A program made the position numbers and the translations under genes. From Dipteris shenzhenensis (Eukaryota), in the NCBI GenBank assembly GCA_047967505.1, contig CM106538.1: a stretch of 64,000 bases of DNA; one strand, given 5' to 3'. How positions within the stretch are numbered: position 1 is the first letter of the stretch; each line of letters starts with the position of its first letter. Below, piece after piece: positions 12,031 to 24,355 of this stretch. The notes beneath the pieces were generated by a model that saw nothing but the letters and a program-made list of their open reading frames with translations, was not told where the DNA came from and searched no databases.

Positions 12031-14059
12031 GAAAGCAGCAGTTATTAAAGACATGATTATTCACAGTAGGGGCAAAAGGGTTGGCAGGTTTAGGACAAAG
12101 GGAGTCATTATTTACCTTGATGAACAAAATGCGCTTTCTTTCCACAAGGGTTGCCAGATTTCACCATGTTCATCATTCCTACACAGAGCAATCACGAAGG
12201 TAAGTTCTGAACAAGAAGTTAGAATTTTGAACGGTAGTTTGAAAGGAATGTGGAAAAAATGGGACCTTGTTCGAATTCCCCACTACTAGTGTCCATGGAC
12301 TCTCTAGATCTTTCCGAATCGACTTGGTAAACATCGTTGTCTGGTTGCGACATGCTTGTTGAGATCTTCTCACAAAAGGTTGGAGACGGAAAGAAAGAGA
12401 CACGAGAAGAAGACATGAGAAAACAGAGCCAACATCATGTATCCAAGCGCACTTATATAGAAAAATTGTGATCATCCGTGCCCATGCTTTTCGTAGTTGT
12501 TTGGGTATGTTGGTCCATTACTTTGTGGAAATTCTCTGGAAGCCACCCACATGAAGCGGTCTATAGCTACGGGAGCTTGTGTTGGAGAATTAGACTCTGC
12601 TTCCTAACTTCTCATATACACAATCGCTTGTCTCCTCACTTGAAGACGATAAACATTTCCCATGCTGTAGAAAATTGTGGATGTTCGTTTGCTTTCATGT
12701 GAGAAATGCCCATGCATTCCGGAATGTGGTTCCTAGGCGTGACAAATTGCGATTGCGGTGATGTATCTAGCTACTTAGTCACATTAGGTTGAGCTATGTA
12801 CCCGAGAGGTAATGCTATTGCCATTGCTGTCTAGACTCATCAGCAGAATGAAAAATGTTCCCTCTATGCCCGGTGGGCACATCTTGCTATAGAGAATAAG
12901 TTGTGGTATCCATTTAAAATTGGGCCACCTTAGTCATTCAACTCTAATTCTAGATCAAGTGCCCTAACTACAACAAAAATATTTTCTTGAATCTCGTCAG
13001 AAGGTATAGACTTTGGTAAGGGCTTGCCACCCTTCCAACCACAATATCTTCAAGATAAAGGCATTGCTTAGCTTCTTTCATATTTGTCATTATATTTCTA
13101 TCAAACTTAGATCCCTGTGACTCATCTCATGCTGGCCAAGATAATTAAGAGTATTTGATGCTGATTAGATTTTCTTGTCCTTTTAGATATTCAACAAGTG
13201 CTTCTTTTGAAATGGTTATCTCCACATGTTTATTTGAATTCTCAAGATTTTTTTGGATACTTCTAGGATGTGAAATAAAGACTTGTAAGTCTTTCATCTC
13301 ATCTATGTCCAGCGCTTTGTTTTTTGCAAGAGTAAATGTAGTTGACTCCAATGGAGTTATTTGTTCTAATAATGCTTATGGCTCACTTAATAAATGATCT
13401 TCATCCACACTGAGTAATGCTTCCATTTCATCATTGGAGTGTTGTTATGAATGATAAACCGAAAGTAGTGTGGATTTATGACCTATTAGTGCATCATCTC
13501 CTTGTATTAAATATGGCTCTATGAATGCTCTCCAATCTAGCACCCTCTCTAAGATAGCCACTTATGATTCTTCCTTTAGAGAACCTCTCTATTGTTTTTC
13601 AATTTGATATAACATATACACCATAGTCAAAATATCCCTTGACGTCAAAACTCTAGAGATAACACTAAATATTCTATCCATATCTTCATGTCTACATAGA
13701 CGACAAGAAGAAAATTAACTTCTCGGGGGGGGGGGGGGCGTTACTCAATAATATATGTGACTACTATCACATGAGTTCAATATAAGGGCATATTTAATTT
13801 CATTTTTTCTCACATTTTCACATACACAAGGGTGTTGTACAAAGGATTTTGGAAAAGAATTTAGAATAGGAAAAGGGTGCATTTTATTAATGAAAAATCA
13901 CAGATAAGGGGTTTTATAAATAGGGCCTGAACGCATGTGATATATAGGGTTTATACATAGTAATCCCCCCGATATTAACTTCCATTTCTTCAAATATTTT
14001 CAAAACAACTAGCATAAAACACAAAAAAAATATGTATGTATTGTTGTTTTCTCTCTAAT

Positions 14060-14490
14060 AATTGTCAGCCCTATATACATAAGATATGAGGTAAACATCC
14101 ACATGAAATCTTTGACCTTTGGTATTGCCTTCATGATATAATCAATTCATGAATCACAAATAGTTAGTATCCATGTACTTATACTCTATACAAGTGTGTT
14201 TTTAGTCCACATTTACCCTCCATTTGAGGTTGGATATGCTTGTATCTTGTCAACATTTTTATGTTATGATCCATGCCATCAATGGTGATGCACATGAACT
14301 TATTGATATTTGAAATACTTCCTCCCTCCAATAAGCACATGATGTAATGGATTGCTCACCATTTTATACATCATTCTCTAAGTTACTCACATTTTCTATC
14401 TTCAATGGCATTTTCCAATTCATCACGTCTTGCATTTGGGCATCCTTTGGTTTGATGGTGTCTTGACATTGCAAAATTGTCCATGCCCAA
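14060..14490 (-). pseudogene. Degraded DDE transposase fragment (DUF7869/Sola-like)
   Basis: KFMCITIDGMDHNIKML..GLKTHLYRV*VHGY resembles the IDGMDQxK..LxTHLxG..VHG pattern; heavily decayed. Confidence 0.45.
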
Positions 14491-16029
14491 TTGTTATAAG
14501 GTTTACTTTGAAATTATTCTTTCTTCCTTATCTTTTAAAGTTTTATTAACAATTTCCAAACAAACTTCTCTATCATTCCCAAATGAAGATGATGGTGGCA
14601 TTTTATACTTCCATTTGGCATTGTTTGGTAAAGATGAGGTTGTGGCAATGCATGGTCTTCAAGGATTTTATTTAATGAGCATTGTAGCTGCATTTTCAAT
14701 GATTCTTAAAAAAAAAAATGAAATTTACCTTAAAATTTTTCCCCTAACTTTAGGAAGCATGAATATTAGTGTAAAAAAGAAATCATTAAAATTTATGTCA
14801 TTATTCTAATCCTCATCCTTGTCATCATTTGATTCCTCATTATCGCCACCCACTTCCCCATAGCCAATACCTTCCTCTCTCCCAATTTAGCACATCGGGT
14901 TTTATCCATATCTCAGGGTTGTTCAACAAGCACACAAACTAGAGGTTAGTAATTCTTTTGTTACTTGTTTTATGCAATCATTTGATGAAAAATAAATATG
15001 TCTAGTTTGAAGAGCTTACATCAAGAAAGGGAATTAAGTCCCCATTTCTCTAAAGCATCTCAAAGAGTGCCTCCATACCATTCTCATACCATTTTGGTAT
15101 GCATATGTATATTTTTTGTCTGTGCATGGCCTTCCCATTTTGATGTACTAACACTTATAAGAATCCATGATAGTTAAAAAGATTTAGATGCTAAAAGAAG
15201 ACAAACATGTTGAAACAAGACAAAATTTAGTGACCTTATAAAAGATTATAGATAGGTATCCTTGCCTCTTGAGCCTAAATGCAATTGGCCCATTTTAGCC
15301 ACCCTAGCTGTCACCACCCCCCATTGTTGGTCAAACGTCTTGGGATCGTTCTTCATCTCCTTCTTGACTTTATTCTAGTCATCCTAGTGAGCCCAAGCCC
15401 TCTTATTGTCTTGCTGCCTTACTAATTTGACCATTTTTTATTTAAACACTTTAGACATTTTACCCAACATCCACCAAGAGTCACACTCTGTCTCATCTGG
15501 CACTAGGAATTTTGACTGCAATGAGGTTATAGCACAATCTTTTTTAAAAAGGCATGGTATAGATACTCATCCATGAGTCTCTCGAATGTAGAGTTGCATA
15601 GTTGATGATGATCATTTTATCTTGTGAGTTCACGATGATGTGATTTTGGTCATCAATTGAGTAGGGTAGATTTGTGGAAGCTTGGGAGTCAGCTTCTACA
15701 CTAGTACCTTCATCTCCTATGGAAGAGCATCTATAATGTAGATTCTCCCTCTGCCTAGCCTCCAAAGTCCCTTGAGAGATAGAGATAAAAATAGGTGGAT
15801 TTCCTTTTCTTATCTCTCTCTACTGTGTAAGTTCTCATAGGAGGTTCTCCCTTGAGGATGGGTTTAAACCCATGAGCAAATTCCACACATTTTTCTCCCT
15901 CTTGAACCATTGCCTAGCACCCTATATTCCAAAGTTGCATTGCCCAAACAAAGCATAAAAGGAAAAAACTAAATGCAAAATATTAAAAAAAAGAGAATCA
16001 TAAAAACTAAACATAAATCCAAGTATAGA

Positions 16030-17000
16030 GTTTAATTAAGGGAGATGAAATGGAGGAAATAGGAGAGGAAAGGGACAAGGAAAGGGAGAAAAAGGGAGAG
16101 AGATAGAGGGGGGAATATGGATGCATGGGAGGGGCTTAATATGAAGAATGGGCTGAATTTATAAAGGGCATAGGAGAGGAAATGAGATGAGAGATAAGGA
16201 GAGAGGGGTTGAACTTATGAAGGGGATGGAGGGGGGATGGAGAGATGGAGAGGGGGATATAGAAACCTAAAAGCTATGAATGTTTTTGCAAATAGGTAAA
16301 TCCTCCAAAACATGATAGAAGGAGGGGAGAAAGGGGAAATAAAGAGGGGATAAAGGAGGACTGAAAGAAGGAGGGGAGAAAGTGGAGGGATATGGATGCA
16401 TGGATGCCTGGGAGGGGAAAGGGGAAATAAGGAGGGGATAAAGAAGGAGGACTGAAAGAGGGAGGGGAGAAAGAGGGGGTGGATGTGGAAGAGGGATATG
16501 GATGCATGGATGCATGGGAGGGGCTTAATATGAATGCTAGGGCCAGAGTTTATGAGGGGAATAGGACATGAATGGATAGGATGGATTCCTATAGGAGATG
16601 AATGATAGAATAGGGAGATAGGGGATGAATATGAAGGATGGGCTGAATTTATGAGGGGAATAGAAGATGAGATGGATGGAATGGATGCATGAGATTAGTT
16701 ATTATGAAAAATAAAAATGAGGTGAGTTTAGGATGAAGGATGGGTTGAATTCCTAAAGGGGAAGGATGTGGGGGGGGGGGGGGTAGAAAAATGGCTAAAA
16801 AGGGGAAGCAAAAGGAGAGAAAGAGGGAAAGGGGGATGAAGAGATGACTAAAAGGAAGAATAAAGGAGGGGAAATGGGGAGGGAAAGGAGAGTTGAATAT
16901 TGGGAAAAATTAGAGGGAGGGATGTATGGAAAAGGATAAAAACAAAAATACTAACAAAAAATTATGGAAATAAACTAAAAACTAATAAACAATAAACTAA
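16030..17000. repeat. Purine-rich low-complexity region with internal duplications
   Basis: GA/GGA-rich; repeated gatatggatgcatgg and gaggggcttaatatgaa units. Confidence 0.8.
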
Positions 17001-19370
17001 CAAACAATAAACAACCATTTGAACAACCTTGAGAGAGGTCAGATGAATACTTACTTCATTTCTTGAGGTGGACTAGGTGTTGGGGGGATGCTATGGATGC
17101 CTACAAAAGTAAAAAACTCACAATTTTTTAAGACAAGCATGGAAAAAGCAAGGGAATGAGTGAAATAAACCAAGAACTAGTAAGAGTTACATTCTTTCCC
17201 TCAAATCTAGCATCATCTACTCATTCCAAATGCATTTTTACGTCTATGCATGCAAAAAGAGAAGGGAAATCAAGAACGGCAGAGAAATGGAGGAAAGGCA
17301 AAGGGATGAGAAAACGGAGGAGTAAAGGACAACCTTCCATAAATATGTGTGCACATGCAAATTTTTATTATGCTTATGTGTGTGTCCACCAACATTGGTA
17401 CTCCATGGGTTTGGTAATCATAATGGGATGGGTTTGGCAATCATAATGGGAACCCCTCTTACTACAATGTTGGTACTCCATGAGGAAGTTGGTCATTGGC
17501 ATTCAGAATGGGACTGAAATTGGTGGGCATATAAATCGTGCAAAGCAAAATCTATGCAAAGAGTTTTGCCATAAGCTCAGTTTGTAAGGTGACATGAAGG
17601 TGGGAAGGCCATCCCATTGAGTGAGGAGGTGGTGAATACCTAGGCAAGAGGGTCTCCAAGAGAGAGCAAAAATGGTATTGCAAAGGAGGATTGGCAAGAG
17701 CGGCTTGCATGGTGATACAATCACGTGAAGGGAAGGTTTCATGTAACGTGCAGCCAAGGTGTAAGAATTTGCATTCATGACCATAGTTTGTGATCGTAGG
17801 GATGCAGTAGCTATGATCTCAATGTGACCGGCATCATAAGTAAGCGTGGAGCATAGGAAGGTTGAAGGTTAAGGAGAGCATTTGGTTGTTGTAATGTGTA
17901 TCAAGAAGGTGATGAGGTCAAGGAGAAGTGAAGTGTAGACTCAGGTGAAGGATACGTCAAAGGTTGGCCAAGAGAGAGAGAAGAATCTATTGGCTAACAA
18001 GGTTGTGTTTAGCATAGCCCATCTTGTATCAAAGCTATCGCAAGGCTCTCATGAGCAGTAAGAGGTAAAAATTGTAATCAAAGGGTTCACTAAATGAACA
18101 GATGAGGGCACGTCTTGTGACAAAACTCCTATCTATACCTTCTTAGGTACTACATAGCATATACATCTGAGAAAGCACAAGAGAGAGTAAGAAAAACAGA
18201 TTGAGAAAGAATGAAGCAATAATAATAGGCTCAGGGATGGCAAGCATGCAAGGGGGAGAAGAGAGCTCTAGTAAGTAGAGATGAGGATAGGGCGACTAGT
18301 AGAGGTAGGAAAAGGGACAAGAGGCCGAGCACCATAGCATGAGGTGGGGCTAAGAGGTTAATCGAACCTTTTGGGCAAGCCACAAGAGGTGTTGTAGAGA
18401 CAACCACAAACACATAAGGTCCCAAAGGAAAGATAAGGATATGGTAGAGAATACGATAGAGGTAGAATAGACATGTAGCCACGTAACTCAAGCCATAGGA
18501 AGTTTGTGACCCAAGGAAGAGGGCCACATCATAAGCAAGGTAAGAGAAACTTTAAGTGTAAGCATATAGTAAGAAGAAAGGTGAAGCATTAGGGGAATAT
18601 TGGGTTCTCCAAAGGGCCCCCAATTAGTGTTTCCTAATTTCAAGCGATTAGTGAGGTATTTGAAGTGTACCAATAACAATGCTCCTTTTTGTGGGGCAAT
18701 GCCATGTTGAGGTGGAGGGTGGGCAGACCTGCAAACAGCCCCTATAAGCTACTCCTCTTACACCAGGGACCACTCAAACCATCCCCCCCCTCAACCCATG
18801 CTTGACCCTTCTCCAATATGCACCTCCCCCAAACAAACCTACAAGTCATTCAAGAGGCGGTGGGCTCGTCTGGGCAAAAATTCCCCCCTCTCAGCTTGTT
18901 ACAGGCCTGCCCCCTCCTCTTCTTTGGTCCAGCTCCATTCTCCCTTCATTTTTTGAACATGGGAACTCATTTGGCATCTTCTTTGCCCCCTCCTACTTTG
19001 GTCCACTGTCTTTCTCCCTCTCCAACACCTCCTGTAGCAGCTGCTCATCCAATCCTAGCTACAACACCTCCTACAGCCCCCTTTGCTCTTTCTCCCGCCA
19101 TTCCTCGCTATAATACCTCCTTAGTGGCTGCTCATTCCCCTCTGCTCTTTCTCCCTCCATTCCTAGCTACAACACCACCTAGAGCAGCTGCTCATCCCCC
19201 TAAGCTCTTTCTCCCTCCATTCCTAGCTACAGCACCTCTTGGAGCTTCTCTCAACCTCCTTCAGTTGCACACTCTATACCTTCTCCCTCTCTCTCCCTCT
19301 ATTGGAGTTGCTCTCTCCCTCCAAGCTGCACTTTCTAGTCCACTATTGCCATTGTGACCTCTGTACAAGC

Positions 19371-19560
19371 ATGGTGAGGAGACCATACATGTACTTTGTG
19401 TCCCACAGGAGAAAAAATGCATTGGGTGAATGGGTGCCTTGCACCTATAGCTTGAATGATTGGATAGTCATGAGAGGATCTGCCAAGGGTCCACATAAGC
19501 TTCCCAAGAGCAAAAGAGGCGATCTTTTGCATGAATGGTAGGGCCTATCATAGCTTGTTT
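19371..19560 (+). pseudogene. Short unknown ORF (MVRRPYMYFVSHRRKNALGEWVPC...) after a pyrimidine-rich leader
   Basis: ATG follows a ~550-bp C/T-rich stretch, with a TATA-like cctataag at ~18741; protein-like composition; no recognised family. Confidence 0.3.
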
Positions 19561-20003
19561 GTAGAAAATCCGTTGTGCCAGAATAGTAGTGGGAACGAGA
19601 AACATCTTATTTGACGACTAAATTTCTATGTCACCCACAAAAGATGACATTGCAAATGATATACTATCTCCAAACATAATGCGATGTTTAGGGTTTTTGG
19701 TCTTGAACAAAAGGTAGAAAAGTTGATGTTAAGGGACTTCCTAAGTCAACTACTACAAGGATACGTTTTCTATGGCATTTTTCTTCAATGACAAATGCAA
19801 TGGGCTTCAGAGGACCTAAACAAACGAGGGAGTGTTCCCCCCCCTTCATGGCTCCAAATGCTCTTATCCCAACACTATATTATTTGAACAATTATGGGAT
19901 TCATAATTTTAAATTAGTTGTAACATAGTATTTACTACCATGGTTGTTAACACTAAATTGTGATGATTATGGCACTGGTTTTCCACTTCATGCCCATTTC
20001 GAA

Positions 20004-20315
20004 GTGTAATGAGTCAGTTTGAAATTGTATTTTGAAATAGCACCAGTGTAATGAGTCAGTTTGAAATTGTATTTTGAAATAGCACTTGTGCATAACAGAT
20101 GTATTTCCTTCAGACTTTGAGGAGTGGGAACTAGTCGAGTGCTTCTTAGGTAAGTTTACTACCATTCATGAGGATTTAGGAAGGCAAATGCATGCTAGAG
20201 AGAAGTCCTTTGCTTTGAGGAGTGGGAACCAGTTGAGTGCTTCTTAGGTAAGTTTATTGCCATTCATGAGAATTTAGGAAGGCAAATGCATGCTAGAGAG
20301 AAGTCCTTTGCTTTG
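20004..20315. repeat. Two tandem duplications (39-bp and ~98-bp units)
   Basis: agtgtaatgagtcagtttgaaattgtattttgaaatagcac x2; ctttgaggagtgggaac..gagaagtcctttgctttga x2. Confidence 0.9.
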
Positions 20316-20349
20316 AAATAGAGAACTATCTATTGGTATAATGCCAAGT

Positions 20350-21073
20350 ACATTAATCCAAGGACAGAATCAGGCTATGGCCATCTTCAATGCATTGCAA
20401 CACCACAACTTGAAGACATGGATTTAGCATGGTGGACATGAGAATAGTGCAATCATACATGGAAAAGATTGCAAAGGATGTGGGCATGGCAATGAAGTTT
20501 ACATTTGGCTCTAAATGGGTAAGGTTGTCTTGGTTTATGCCTCTGCACATTTTTGCTTCTTGTTTTCAAGATATCCAGCTGCAGAGAACAAAAACCATGT
20601 GGCCATGCAAGTGCCTACATTAGAATGCCCTTGAGGAATTGCTTAGGGTGAATTGGGGAAGCAGGTCAGGTGAACAAAAGGGTGATCTATTTCAATGCCA
20701 TGTATGTAAGGACAATGTGGTTGTCAAGTACCACATCTCCCGAAAAATGTTATATTTTTCTTTCCAATATAGGCATTGGAAGAAAACAAAAGCAATTGGC
20801 TCCCCCTTGACTCTAACGACAATGATAATACAGGGGTAAGTTTATGTATTGGTTCTTATTTAGGAGATGTTTGTCACGTCACAGTGGACTCTCAGGGATG
20901 TGCGGGAACACCTATTGGTCATGGAGGATGGCATGTCTAAGTTCTTTCACTTTACCTTAAATGGTGAAAAGGTAAGAAAGCATGCAGAGAAGCACATGCA
21001 TAGTGCCACTTTTATCCCTCTTGCAATATTGAAGATTGTAAACAATGTGGGGTGGAACAATTGTGGATTTTGA
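20350..21073 (+). pseudogene. Unknown accessory ORF of the RAG1-like cassette, possibly with a ubiquitin-like C-terminal domain
   Basis: In-frame pieces 20429-20623, 20639-20839 and 20867-21073 separated by single stops; C-terminal TLRDVREHL..FHFTLNGEKV resembles a beta-grasp pattern. Confidence 0.4.
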
Positions 21074-21259
21074 CATTTTTCAATTAATAGTGGTGCAATT
21101 AATTTTGATGTTTTGAATGGTTTTGTTTCATGTCAATGTCAAGTTTTGCCCAAAAAAATTATAATTCTTTTTATTATTTATATTTAGAAAATTTGGGTAT
21201 ATATAGGTTATGAAGTTACTTTAGTTTTAAAGTTTCACTATCATAGCCATAGTTCTCCT

Positions 21260-22759
21260 AGCTACCAAACTACCATTGATTCTGCTAGGTCTGCCTTCCA
21301 CGATTTCATCTCCCATACTCCATTTGTTGATAGAGAGGAGGAGTTATTTCCAGTCTTTGATAAGAGCATAGATGTCCTGGGTACCTACTTGGGAGCTCGA
21401 GATGATTTTGAAGACCTCATCAAGTACATGCAAGACCACATCGTGAGTTTTGCATATCAACTTGATGAGTCTACAAAGAGATGGGTCCCAATTGATTATT
21501 TGAAGTACTTGTTCAATCAAGAACCTAGGTTCGTGAAGCATTTAGACCACTTTTGAGCCCAGCTCACACCCCTAGGCTTTAGGGAGGTGGACACTGATGA
21601 CCTCCTAGCATGCGGAGTCATCAGAAACACAAAAAATAGGTTCCTATCCTGGGAAATGACCTTTATTTTCCTTCTCTAGGAGGGGCAAATGGAAGAGGAG
21701 TCCTCGACCTCAAGCCTTGCCTCTGCCCCTCCCTTTTCAATCCTCTTATTTCTATAGATGAGCCCAACATCTACAATGAACAGCCCATAAATGAAGAAGC
21801 TGAGGAGTGGGAAGCTACATTGGCCCTAGAAGTGCTCCAATGACCTCCTGAACCCCATTCTACTTCTCAAATTCCATCCACCTCAAGCAGCACCTCTGTT
21901 GACCTTGCAACAGTGATATGGTTTCTTGCTCCCCTTCTTGTTGATGGAGAATAATACCTCTTTCTCCATGACATCGAGGTTGTGTTTGGTCTCTGGGAGG
22001 ATGAAGCTCTTGGTGTCCAGTGTGGATACAAGGTGGACATGACTATGCAAGAACCTAGGTTTTTGGAAGAAGATGATTCAATAGAAGAGGTTCTTGCTTT
22101 AACACTGGCCAAAATCAAAGATGCAGAGACATCAATCTACTCTGACTTACTTGATGTTCTAGAATAAGCCTCCATATCTCACTTCGGACAGCGAGGCCTC
22201 TAGATCCATCCTCATTGACAAAGAGAAAGGGATTGAGCATGATGACTCCATAGTGGTAAGAAACTATGAGCTTTGAATTTCTTCTCTCTTGGTATAATTT
22301 TGCTTTAACGGAATTCTAATGTAATGTTGTGGACTGTTGCAGGAGGCATTTGAGGTTGACCTATTCTGATCTCAGCAACGCCTTGTTTGCAGTAGCTTCG
22401 GATAAGATCACTCATTGGCACATTACCTTGGCCAAGCAAAAGGGTGCTTTGTGGTTATCCACAAAAAGTTTTCTCCACATGGCACTGATGACCTCTTGAA
22501 GTGCAAGGCCTTGTCATGAGTGATTGGTCATGCTAACATCAATCACAATGCTGACAAGGTCATTTTGGTGAACCGCATGGCTACCCTCAATGCTTTTGGA
22601 ACCAATTTTCAAGGTATGGCATTGACGGTAGCAACCATGTCCTTGGCTAGCAACGACAATAGTGTTGACTCTCTATCGACTAGGTTTAGAGCCAGGAGTG
22701 TATTTGGGAATTCAAAGCCCGATGTTCTCAATGTTTTAGAGAAGAGAGAAAGGCTCTGA
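21260..22759 (+). pseudogene. Unknown accessory ORF, acidic, with a probable intron at ~22256-22343; convergent with the H3-like gene
   Basis: Protein-like frames ..SAFHDFISHTPFVDREEELFPVFDKSIDVLGTYLGARDDFEDLIKYMQDH.., ..LFLHDIEVVFGLWEDEAL.. and ..DKVILVNRMATLNAFGTNF..; donor gtaaga and acceptor ttgcag. Confidence 0.4.
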
Positions 22760-22999
22760 AGCCTTATTGTATATAACTTTTATTTTATAACCACATTTGC
22801 CTTCTGCGCCACGGGAAAGAAACATCATTTGACCACTCAAATTCACACTGAACTTGCATAAACTAATGGAAAGCATCACGTAACATGTATAATAAGATGG
22901 GAACAGTAATAGAACATCAAAATATCTTTTATTCATTGGCCTCAAAGGGCAGATATTTACAAAATGATTCAAGTTACACCAAATGAACCTAAACAACAT

Positions 23000-24102
23000 C
23001 TAGGGCCTAAGGGAGGGATCGGAGCGAATGCACTTGGTGAGTGCAAGGTCCTTGTCCATCATTGTTACTCTTTTGGCATGGATAGCACATAAGTTTGCAT
23101 CTTCAAAAAGACCTACTGTCATCTGCTCCATTGCCTCCTAAATTGCTCCCATAGTGCCTGAAGTGAAACACACATCATCCTTGTAATGCTGTGCTATCTC
23201 ACGTACAACACGCTGGAAGGGCGCACGGGGAATGAGATTGTCCACAGTGGTTTGGAACTTTCGGATCTCTTGAAGTGCCTTCATGCCTGTTTTTTTGCGC
23301 CTCTTAATCTTCGGGGGACCGTGCACTGGCCTCTAGACATGGCCCCATGGCCGCTTGTCTTCTTTGAACTTCTTTCGCCTCTCCTCCCTTGCAACCACCT
23401 CTTCAGACTCCTCTTCCTGAGTCTGGTGGGTCCTTCAAGGTGGCTTGTCACGCCTAGGGGTCTTCTTTGTCCTTGGTCTCTTTTCCTTTTAATGAGGCTA
23501 GGAGACAACAGGTTGAGGCTCTTGCTCAGCTTGTACTAGAGGCTCCTCATATGTGACAATCTCAAGGCACAGAGGCTTGATGGTGCTCTTCGGTGTGGTC
23601 TACTTGGTTGGAGGATTGGGGCCAAGGTTCATTACATCTACGAGCCTGCCAAATACTTCCTCTTGTTGTGGCCCCTTTAATCTCTCCATCTCCTCTCTTT
23701 GCCTTTCTTGCTCCCCTTGTTGGTCCAGATGCTCCGTGCTAGGACCCTACGGAGGAGGGAGGGGTAGTTGATCACGATGGATTGGACTATTTTGTCCCTA
23801 TTGGGAGACTTCTCTACTTCCACGGTTAGTTGTGTGGAAGGACTGAGAGGACCCCTGATCGTGCTTGGATCCTTCATCATGCTGGGATTCCTCATGGTGC
23901 TGAGATCCCTGGGATCCCCCATGAGAATTGAATGGTGGGGATTCTGTTGCTGGGACTCCTGGTGATGAGAACCGCCTTCAGATCCCTACTGATCATTGCC
24001 CTCTTGGCCACTGGGGCTTGCAGTTTATGGAGTTGTTAGGAGGAGAGCGAGTAGCATCTAAATGGTGTCCAATGGGCCTGTAGTTTGTTTAACTCGTGCC
24101 AT
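23000..24102 (-). pseudogene. Histone H3-like gene with a ~260-aa inserted disordered tail (~365 codons in total)
   Basis: Starts MARVKQTT (ATG at 24102). One frame runs from ~23923 to the stop at 23000-23002, broken only by TAG/TAA/TGA codons, and ends [85 protein letters not shown], a complete H3 histone fold. Confidence 0.9.
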
Positions 24103-24355
24103 ATAAATGAGGGATTTTAGGATTTTGAAGTGCTTTATATAGTCTTTTTTAAAGCACTTTAGGGTTTCTCTTTTAAATTAGGGTTTTTTGAGTGCACCTC
24201 CCCCCCCGGTCTTTTGTCGCTAGTTCGATAATACTTAATCTTCACCACCCTCCCTCCCAACCCACTCACCCCTCCACCCTACCATGTCGCACATGCAATT
24301 TCCAAACAAATTTGTGAATTTTGGAATCTATAATTGACTCAAAATAGTGTTAAGT

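Noticed and set aside
12050-13720. Possible coding remnants on the - strand
   Set aside because: Fragmented frames with no motif I could assign.
15840-15925. tRNA/SINE-like A and B boxes on the - strand
   Set aside because: Only loose box matches and no cloverleaf.
19371-22759. RAG2-like gene
   Set aside because: No kelch GG repeats or PHD Cys/His pattern in the convergent ORFs.
23000-23330. Functional host histone H3 or CENH3 gene
   Set aside because: There is an internal stop in the fold and many in the tail. Loop-1 length, Q68 and F84 are canonical rather than CENH3-like, and the gene sits among TE ORFs.
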